Shown piece by piece: positions 54,604 to 64,000 of a stretch of 64,000 nt of DNA. The DNA lies in contig JAAOMT010000543.1 of the NCBI GenBank assembly GCA_016748015.1, positions 1 through 64,000 of the forward strand, in the 5' to 3' direction. Each line of letters begins with the position of its first letter. Position 1 is the stretch's first letter. The stretch comes from Geosiphon pyriformis uo1. Lineage: Eukaryota > Fungi > Glomeromycota. The position numbers and the translations under genes are program-made. The notes under the pieces are model-generated. The model did no database searches. It saw only the letters and a list, made by a program, of their open reading frames with translations, and had not been told where the DNA came from.

Positions 54604-55142
54604 TGTGACAATAAATCCTCTTTTTTTGCCATATCATAGGCAAATAGAAAACTTGTTATCTCATCAGACAGTTTAAATTGTTGGTTTAAGCAAGGAAAAG
54701 TCATCGCTAAGAGATTTCCAACTGGAATTCGTCTCTACGATATCTTTTCCCTTTTTCCAAAACTAAAACAGCCATATTAACACCGCTGTCATCCCTACCT
54801 CTACTGACCCTAAGCAAAAAGAGGGACAAAACTAGCTACTCCTTTCTCGATTACAAAATGCTCAGTAATATCAGCTCAAGTGTCAAATTCAAACGACCGA
54901 GACTTAAAAATCTTATTGAAATGGGCAAGTTACGGATGGCCTTCGAATTTGTAGTTATTTATCGTGACCGTCTTTGCCGCTTGTCTTCAACCTCCTCCAA
55001 ATACATCTTCTCTACCCATTCTACAAAATTTGTGGGTTCTTCCGACGAGCACAAATTTTACCAGTTTATTCTTACCATTGATGCTGTCTCCATCTGCAAA
55101 ACTCAAGGATGGTGAACAGCTAAGTATAAAAGAAAGTACTAA
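54604..55142 (+). pseudogene. tnpA: IS607-family TnpA serine-recombinase transposase remnant (N-terminal MerR-like HTH plus catalytic domain)
   Basis: 54640-54745 reads 'ANRKLVISSDSLNCWFKQGKVIAKRFPTGIRLYDI' (~A..LGVS..TLR.W...GKI...RTPGG.R.Y). Then 'STDPKQKE' (~VSS.KQK.DL), 'DYKMLSNISSSVKFKRPRLKNLIE' (~DIGSG.NFKRPGL..L), 'EFVVIYRDRLCRL' (~VVV.YRDRL.RF) and 'AVSICKTQGW*TAKYK' (~VF..RLYG.RS). Confidence 0.8.
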
Positions 55143-56009
55143 ACGAGCAAAAAGTGCAAGACAGACACCAAAATAATCACAGCAACGGCCCCCTTGTTGC
55201 TGATCAAGGTAAACCTCAACCACTCTAAGAATGGGTTTGATGTGATTTGCTTTGAATACTATATTGAAGTGGAACAAAAGATGTTTGTCCAGTGTTAACA
55301 CCTCGGACCAAAATTATCAGATATAATACACAGCAACAAGATCCCTCTTTCTTTCCAGTCACATTACAGTATTATGATTCATCTTCAGTATCTTTTATCA
55401 TTATCGTAGAATTGTTTTTATGTCTTGTCTATTCACAATTTCTCAATGCATACCTATCCCACATTGACACAAGGTAAAAATTTTAGTTTCTTAACCTATG
55501 ACTACATTTCTTTGGTTTTTTTATATAATAAAGATAAACGCGCGTTATGGACTTTCTACTTCGAAACTAAGCACAGAAACAATAAGCGACCCTATCGACA
55601 CATAGTTACATTTAAAAAGAGACGTCTATAAGATACAAATATAAGTCTGCAATACCCAAGCTCATCCATGCAGTTTCTATTGATCCTGGCGTTTGCACAT
55701 CCTTCACCTCCAAAAACGGACTTTGATGATATCAGACCAATTGTTACCTGTATAAGTATAGATGATCTCACATTGAAAAAAGTCATACTGGGCTGTCCGT
55801 AAATCATAAGAAAAAAGTGGGGCCCAGCGACTCGACAAAGCAATTTTGCACATATGACAAAAGAAGTTTGCAGAGTGAAATGTATCAGAGGGTACGAAGT
55901 GTATAATTGCCGAAATTGCGGGCAGAGATGAAAATGACGCTCGAGAATCCTTCTCCGGGTATTGCTTGATGGAGTCATGATCCTTTTGTGGAGTCCTACC
56001 TACTATTGA
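55143..56009 (+). pseudogene. tnpB: TnpB/Fanzor2-like RNA-guided nuclease remnant, with internal deletions
   Basis: Colinear fragments: 'FYFETKHRNNKRPYRHIVTF' (55550-55615), RuvC-I 'HAVSIDPGVCTSFT' (55667-55708), helix 'RLDKAILHI*QK' (from 55828), 'IRGYEVYNCRNCG' (55884-55922), RuvC-III 'RDENDAR' (from 55924) plus 'ILLRVLLDG' (from 55947). The RuvC-II region is missing. Confidence 0.78.
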
Positions 56010-56276
56010 TGTGTTACAATTCATCAGAATTCACTTATTAATCAATTGTTATTTGCATTTATTCGATTTAAATTTTTCCTAAGCTAAATACAAATAAATG
56101 GTTATTAGTAAAAACTTAAGAGTGGATAAATTTCAAAAGATGCGAGTTTTAAACCGTCTTGTGTTAAAAACTATTGATAGTTTTACAAATCATTGGAAGA
56201 AAATTCTCCTACATAATTCTCAAACTATTGAGGCAAGAAAATGTAATCTACTTATTAATCTCAGCTGTATAAAATA

Positions 56277-58624
56277 TTAATTTAGCATCGACCTATCATA
56301 AAAAGATTGAAGAGCATCCATCATCTTTTGTTTTATAATAACTTTATCTATTTTTCCCTCATTGCTCTTTCGCGAAGGGTAGATTTTTTCTCTAATTTCC
56401 TTTTTATTTTTGTCAATGGAGTGATTTTCAGAATTTTGATTTGTATTAGACTGACCATTTTGTTCACTACCAATCGTATAATTGCATTTAAGAAATTTTC
56501 CCTTGGAATTTTGAGTTGTAGTAGGACTTTTTGCAGGAAATCTATATTTTCGGAATATTTCTTCATCGACTATTTTTTTATCTTTCCTTCTATCTTCTCC
56601 ATTATCAGATTCGTCGTCCAAATCATGACCGATGGGACTCGTGATGGAAACCTTGGAGCTTGTTTTACGATAGAAATCTTCAATCGCCTCAAATGACGCC
56701 TGAAAGATTGATTCGGTAATATTTGGATTCAAGATATCTAATTTTCCCTTTGAATTTTGAGTTATAGTAGGGCTTTTTGCAGGGAATCTATATTTTCGGA
56801 ATATTTCTTTATCGACTATTTTTTTATCTTTCCTTTCATCTTCTCTATTATCAGATTCGTCGTCCAAATCATGATCTATGGGACTCGTGATGGACAGCTT
56901 GGAGTTTGTTTTATGATAGAAATCTTTAATCGCTTCAAAAGACGCATGAATGGTTTTTTGGGTAATATTTGGATTTAAGATATCTGATTTTTGTTTTTTA
57001 CGGATAATTTTTGGTTTCCAGTTAGACGATACCTCTTCTTCAGTATCATGCACTTCAGTATTACTATTTATAATATCTTGATTGTTCAAAAACTGTAAAC
57101 CACTCGACTGTAGACTCTCACTGTTGTGACCATCAAAAGTTTGGTCTCCTGATCTCATTTCAATTGTTAGCAATTTAGGCTCGGAATTTAAAATTTCACT
57201 CTTTTCATTCTGGAGGTCTTCATTCGATTTACAGTAGATGTTTTCAATAGCTGGAAAATGTGCCTTCCTTAAAGCTTTTAGAAACTCTTCAACATTAAGA
57301 TTTTGATTGAGAATCTCTTTAGCCATTTCTTCGGTCAAAATATCTTTAAATGTTTCATTGGAGTGAAAGTTATTGATCGCATGAAGGCATATATCACGAA
57401 TCGATTTAGTAAAATCCTCAAGGGTCGAACAAAGATTCGAATAATTATCCCGATATAAAGATCCATTGAATTCTGAGCTTGATTTGGCCATGTAACTTTG
57501 CAAATTTTGTTTCATCCTCTCACTTAACCTCACGAGTGCCTCTAACAAAGGTTCGAACACTAATGTTGCAAATTCTTGTGTAATTTTTTGTTTATAACCT
57601 CTACTGAAAATCGTGATTCAATCTCTTTTTTAACCTTTACCTTAGCAGAAAAGAACAAGGAATTAAGGCAATTGAATTATTAAATGTTTAGCTAATGAAA
57701 TTTCAAACTTTTTTACCCTCTCATCAGCAGAGTACTCTAAAACTCTATTATATTCTGTGAAATATAAGTCAGCTATTTCTTCTACTGATAGGAAAACGTT
57801 TTGTTTGTGAATTAAGGCTTGAATTTTGAGTTTTGTCGCGTAGTCATCAAAGTGGTCTATTTTTTCAGCTTCTTTTGCTGCGTCCTTGTCAGGGAAAAAC
57901 ATCCTTTTACCCTAATTTATTCCTTTAATGTATCTGTTGATAAATATTTTTGAGTTACAAAAGATAATTACAATATGGAGAAAGTGCTAAAATGAACTAT
58001 TGCAGGAATAAGGAAAATTAAAAAGAAGGAATGAGGCTTCAATGATGAAATTTATTAAATTAGCTGGCTCCATCAATTGATTTTTAACAGAGTCATCCTT
58101 GTTCAATATGTCGATAAGATTAATTTATGATAATAATTTATCTATGATAGTTTTATGAGGCTTCAGGCCGATATGATCATGCTAACCCAAATTATTATAC
58201 TTTCTTTTGTTCCTCTTGACCCATTGCTTCGTTCCCATTATGCTTTGCTTGTTCATCATGAGGAGAATCATATCGATTTTGGTCTGCCACTTTTCGATGA
58301 TTGTCTAGGGACTTTCGATCATCCTCATAACCCTCCCATTCTCTTAGAAGCTGTCCTATAATTTCTGTGATTAATAATTTAAGATTTTATCTTTTTTAAA
58401 AATTTTGTTTATTCAAATAAAGTATCCATGTTTCCTAATTAATAATTGCCTTTTGAATCGCTGTCACCTGGAGGATGTCCAATATTCTTTCTATCTTGCC
58501 GATGTTCTTTCACATTAGGCAAATCAAATGGACTAGCATTACTTTGACGGGGAATACCATGACATATAATAGGTGAATTTGGCTTCGAACCTGAAGAAGC
58601 TTTGGTTATAAAGAATGAAGGCAT
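56277..58624 (-). CDS. Lineage-specific hypothetical protein with internal 82-aa tandem duplication; 5' structure uncertain, possibly frameshifted
   Basis: 427-aa ORF at 56277-57560 plus upstream coding-like blocks 57663-57902, about 58170-58357 and 58439-58624. Continuity at 57580-57680 needs frame changes. Confidence 0.5.
56493..56984 (-). repeat. 246-bp coding tandem repeat x2
   Basis: 'DILNPNIT...ASFEAI.DFY.KT.SK.SITSPI.HDLDDESDN.ED.RKDKKIVD.EIFRKYRFPAKSPT.TQNSKGK' occurs twice. Confidence 0.9.
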
Positions 58625-59049
58625 GAAAAAAGAAATGAATACAAAATGTTACCAGGCTTTACCAGTTGAAACAATATGAATCTTTCCTTTTCCCGATCCG
58701 AACATTTCTAAAAGCTTTCTGAAAAGTTGATCTCTGAAGATGATTTTACTCCTATATTTATATAATTCACGAAATACCATAAATTTTTTTATCATAATGC
58801 AATATTTATTTTGATTGTTCAAATTACGTTATGTTGTTTTGCATCTTAATCATACTGATGTCATTTTGATTACAAACGATAAAATAAATAAGGCTCTAGT
58901 TCAGTAGATCAGTGAGAAATTGATAAATATACTGTTATCTTTGTATCAAATTTGCAAAATATTTATCAAATGCGACAATTTTTAGTTTCAATAATGAAAT
59001 TCCATAAAAAGTTATTTAAATAAGCATCTGATTTAATTACTTTCTAATT

Positions 59050-62000
59050 GGTTCAAAAAATAGTATTTTCTTTTTTTCAAAGAATATAAATGGTTTAATA
59101 AATAATTTTATTTCTTTATTATGTTGTTGTGTTGTTTTTGTCAATTTTTTAAAAAAAAGTTCAAAAAGTTTATTTAAAATAAACAAATATAATGTTAATA
59201 AAATTGATTTCAAATTTATAATAAAAATTCTTATTAAATTTATGTATTGTAATTACAATGTTAATTAAATATTAAGACCTTTAAAATTTATTTATCTGAT
59301 ATTTAGACTTAATTGTTTTTCTAATTATATATATAAAATATTTATTATTAGCATACACTAAAATGTAAATAAATAGTATGTTTTTAAATTTCAAAAATGT
59401 TTATAAAATATATTCGTTTAATAAAATCAAACTTATTGCAAGTCAAGTTAATTAAAAGTATAATTTACAAATTAACAATTTAATAATGAAAATATGACTA
59501 TGATATTATATATGTTTGTAAATATTTAATTTTATAAATTGGTATTTTAATTATTTTATTTAATAAAAAAATAATATTGAAATAACAACTAATTGCAAAA
59601 ATATTGTTTAAAAAAATAAAATAAAAATAAAATAACAACTAATTGCAAAAAAATGATTTATAGAATAATAGTTAATATGATTTTATAATTTTTTGTAATA
59701 TTTTACATTTGTTATTATTTATTAAATAACAATATAAGTAATTTTTTATTATGCTTTAATAAAGTATGGTCCTTTGAATATCTATTTTAATTCTTATATA
59801 AAATAAAATTTTAAGTTTAAATCATGTACTTTTTATATATAACTAGTCATTTAAACTTTATATTAAAACTACATTAAATTATAGTTGTTAAAACAAGATA
59901 AAACAAAAAAACCCAGATAAAACAAATAAGTAAATAGCCAAAAGTTAATTTGAATGCTTATTTTTATATCTGGTATTGATTTACATAAAAAATAAAGAAC
60001 AAATTTGGTTTTTTTTATTATATTTGAATACTTTTTAATATATATTATTAACTGAAATTAGTATTTTTTGAAAAATTCTGTGCTTTGTTACAGATTTTTT
60101 AAAAATAGTGTAAAGACCAAAAAAGCACAATCTATTTATTTTACTTATAAAATAGTTTAAGTTTTTAGTTTTAAAAATGAACTTACTTATTTAAAACTTA
60201 ATTTTCTTAATATTAAACTTAATATCAAAATTTAAAATTACACAAATGTTTAAATTAATATTATCTATAACAAAAAAAAATTTTATAACAAAAATATTAT
60301 TATTATTTATATTATTGTCAATAGCAAAACTTTCAAAACAATTTTGTATTTTATAAAATATTAGCAAAAGATTTGATCTAATCTTTTAAAAATAATTTAT
60401 TTTTAAAGAACAACAAAAACATAATAAAAATAACCAAAAAGCCAATAGACTTAACAATAAATTCTATCAGATTACTCAATTTTTAAGTTAAATATTAGCT
60501 TAAATTTAGCCTTATAAATAGCATAAAAAATATAATGAAAAAGTTAACTAATTTGGTTTTCAATATATTATAGATAACAATTGTTTTTTTAATTATTAAG
60601 ATTTTAACACTATTTTTTTATTAAAACCAACCAACTAACCAAAAAAAAACAGCTTTAAACTTTTAAAATACACAATAAAATATTGTTATAAGTCAAAATA
60701 TTTTACTTTAATACTAAAAATTTTGCCAAAAATTTCAAGAGTATTTTTATAATTATTTAATGAAAATATTAAAACAAACATTATAAAAAGTAATAGCAAC
60801 AGAAGCGAAAACAAACTTAAAAATCATGGAAAATTTTACAATATTAAAAATAAAATAAAAAAATTAATTTTAGCAATTATATTTAAAAAATCTAAATGTA
60901 AACTTTATAAACATTAATAAAATTATGCAAAAACAAATTAAAATCGTTTTTATTAAAAGTGTGTTTTTAGTAATAACACCAAAATTTTAAAATAAAAACT
61001 TTTAATAATTAGTAATTGTTTTTTAAACATTATTAAAAACTAATAATGTTTTCAAAAGTAAAAGAAAAAATGCTTTAATTTTTATTTTATTAGTCCAATT
61101 TTTGTGATTAAACAATTTAACAAATTAAGTAATAAAAATTATATTGTATTAATTTTTAATTTTAATTTAATTAAAACCATAGTAATTAATACAAAGCCTA
61201 AAAAAACTATTTTTTTTTAAATATTTATGAAGAGTTTTAGATTTTTAAATATTATAATTAATCTAATAAAAGTGGTTTATCTTTTACCAATTTAATAAAG
61301 CAATTATATAGATAATATATTAAAATAAATTAGCTTATTTTTTATTAAACATATTACAATAATTGATTGGTAATTTACAATTATTAAGAAATTTTAACTT
61401 ATTTTTTTTGTTAATATATTAAGTTAAGCTTTAATAATAAAACTTTTTTAGCATTTTTTAATTAATATATATTAATAATTTTAGATTTATTAAAAAACTT
61501 AATAATATTAAAAATAATTTTTTAATGTTTATTAATAACAAAAATTAATTATTGAATTTTTTGGTTAATATTTTCTAAAATTATAAGTTATTTATCAATA
61601 ATTTCTAACAACATAAGATGCTGTTTTTTAACAAATAAAATATTGGTTTGAATTACAAAGTCTTAATTAATAGAACAAAAAATAATTTTTAAATTAATTA
61701 ATACTTCTATAATTATATTAAAATCAAACTTATAATAAAACTAAAAATTCAATACCAAATTAATAATAAATTCTGGACTCAAAACTAGACATAAATTATT
61801 CTGATTTGAAACTAGAAATAAAACTTAATTAAAAGCTAAAATAAGATAAAAAATTTAATTTACTGTGTTAATAAAATCTTAAATATGAATTACAAAAACT
61901 ATAATATTTTAACTATATAATTTTTACTGTATTTAAACCTGATTATTTTTTGGCAAAACTGCAGAAATATTTTTTGTTATTTTTACAAAATTTTGATAAG

Positions 62001-63400
62001 TAATATAGCTAAATTATTTACAATATAAACAAAAATTATTATTTTGTTAACAAAATTTTCTGCTTTTGTAAAAAATTTATGATAAGTTATATTAATTTAT
62101 ATTAAATTATTCTAAAATAAAGCTAATAATTAATTATTTATGAAGAATTAAACAAATACAGAATTACTAATATTTAAATATTGTATTACAAACTAAATTA
62201 AAATTGATTAATTAATACTTTTTTTAGTTAATATTATATACAAACTGTTAAAATTCAATAATATATATTAAAGTAGCTTAATTTTTTTTAATGAAGATAG
62301 CATAATTGGTAGGCCAATATTTATATTCTTAAATATTATTTTAAAATCTTAAAATGATAAAAACAATTTCTTAATTTATATTACAAACCAAATAAAAATT
62401 ATATTTATATATAGTATATTAATAAATATAACTTAATTAGTATTATCAAACTTTCAAGTTAACTAATTTTTGGTTTAGAAATAATAGTTTAAAGTAAAAT
62501 AATTTAAGTATATTGTAAATATGAAAAGATATTTTTTAGTTAAATGTTCTTTTATTAAACTACTTATAATGCTTTAAAAATTTAATAAGATCAATTCCTT
62601 TTGAAAACATAATAAATAATTAAAAAAATAGATTAAACTATTATAATTTAGCAAAATAGCAAAAACAACTAAAAATTAAGCACAAAACAAAAGAATAAAG
62701 CAAAAAAATTAATTTACAACTAATGTTAATTTACTTAAAAAACTAAAAATGGATTTAGATAATCTTTTTTATGTTTAAGAAATTTTAAATCGATTACTAG
62801 TCATATTAGTAAGCTAATCCAAAATATTCTGGAATAGTTTATAATTTCTATAATTAACTATTTTTTTATAACAACTATCTTGAAATTTAAAGAACAAAAA
62901 TCAGATATAATCAGCTTCTTTTTTTATATTCAAGTATTCCAAGATTTATTATTAATTAGATTTGTAAGATGCTTAAAATATTTTAGAATGATCTGCAGTT
63001 CCATATTATTCAAGCTCATAACAAAATTAAAATTAAACACATAATGAAATTATTAAAATAAAATATAAAAATAAAAACAAATAGACTTACTTAAAAAAAG
63101 GAAAAAATTATAGCTTTATGTAAAGTGTAAACACCTTAACCAAATCATTTATATTTCTTTTCAAAAATTAATGAAATATTTGAGCTATATTCTAGCAAAT
63201 AGAAATCAATTCAAAAATCATTAAAAAATCATTTTTATAATTAAATACAAAATATAATAATTCACAATCCTGCTTTTTAGTTTTATCCATTTTCAAAGAC
63301 TTATAAATAAATTTTTTTAACAAGTCAATAGTTATTTTATATTGGTTTATTTAAAAACTTGAAAAAAACATTAGGCTTATCTTTAAAGTTTTTGACTTGT
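59050..63400. mobile_element. Extremely AT-rich, CpG-depleted block; probably decayed transposon DNA (family not identified)
   Basis: Same compositional signature as 1-11.4 kb; no ORF of 60 aa or more in 4.3 kb. Confidence 0.4.
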
Positions 63401-63572
63401 TGTATAAAAATCAACCCTAAAAAAAGCTTCTTCGGACATCAATCAACCTGGGTTACCTTTAGTAATAATATTGGAAAATTTTAACAGCGACAACATTCAT
63501 ATTCAAAATTCAGCTTGTAATGATATAATAGTTTGACTTTGGTCAAAATAAAAATTACCATAAATCTCTTTT

Positions 63573-64000
63573 TCAAAATCCCAATAACCTATTGACAACT
63601 TTCCAAACTGAGATCGTTATCTTCGTTTCCTTTACATCCTGATCAGCGACATGACCATCCAAGCCATCATCATCACTTGGACATTTAGGAACATTAGGGG
63701 GCCGGCCATCAGAATCTTGGGCAAAATTTTGCGTCCAGTACTTGTCCTGAAACCCAGAGCCAAAATGTGTATATTCCCGATTCAAGATATTTGCTCGGTG
63801 GCCTGAGGAATGCATCCACCTATGAAATTGTATTTTAAGATAATTGTGACAAGTTCAGATAATTTATGTTGGCAATTCGAAATACTACTCACGCATACAT
63901 CACCCCGACATCATCATTTTTTTCGAACCCAGCAGCGATATTCTCACCAGCAGTCCACCAATTTAAAAATCCTTGATCGTCAATACGTTTTCCGAGATCA
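63573..64000 (-). CDS. CAP/SCP (PR-1-like, bacterial YkwD-type) domain protein, 3' part; truncated by the window edge
   Basis: 'DLGKRIDDQGFLNWWTAGENIAAG..DVGVMYA', then an intron (about 63892-63820), then 'WMHSSGHRANILNREYTHFGSG..YWTQNFA'. Confidence 0.85.

Noticed and set aside
55592-56024. Minus-strand 128-aa and 106-aa ORFs
   Set aside because: Antisense shadows of the + strand Fanzor/TnpB remnant.

Overview
AT-rich eukaryotic DNA with short spliceosomal introns, most likely from a Glomeromycota/Mucoromycota fungus (Geosiphon/Archaeosporales-like repeats; inference). 1-11.4 kb is a graveyard of nested, heavily C->T/G->A-mutated retroelements: Ty3/Gypsy gag, integrase, dUTPase and LTRs, a LINE RNase H/zinc-finger fragment and a solo LTR. 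Intron-containing genes follow: a divergent squalene synthase-like gene, a Kelch-repeat type I membrane protein, a class-3 lipase lacking its catalytic Ser, and a 2xCBM18-CE4 chitin deacetylase. Next come an intact solo LTR, a 458-bp spacerless perfect palindrome, a small membrane protein, and a MATA-type HMG-box transcription factor inside a microsatellite-rich gene desert with an assembly gap. The best hidden signal, absent from the ORF track, is at 54.6-56.0 kb: a decayed IS607-type element with a serine-recombinase TnpA followed by a TnpB/Fanzor2-like RNA-guided nuclease (RuvC-I DPG motif, Zn-finger CxxCG, RuvC-III RDxN..AR.ILLR). The window ends with a repeat-containing hypothetical gene, another AT-rich decayed block and the 3' part of a CAP/SCP gene. 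All exon structures and translations were done by hand.
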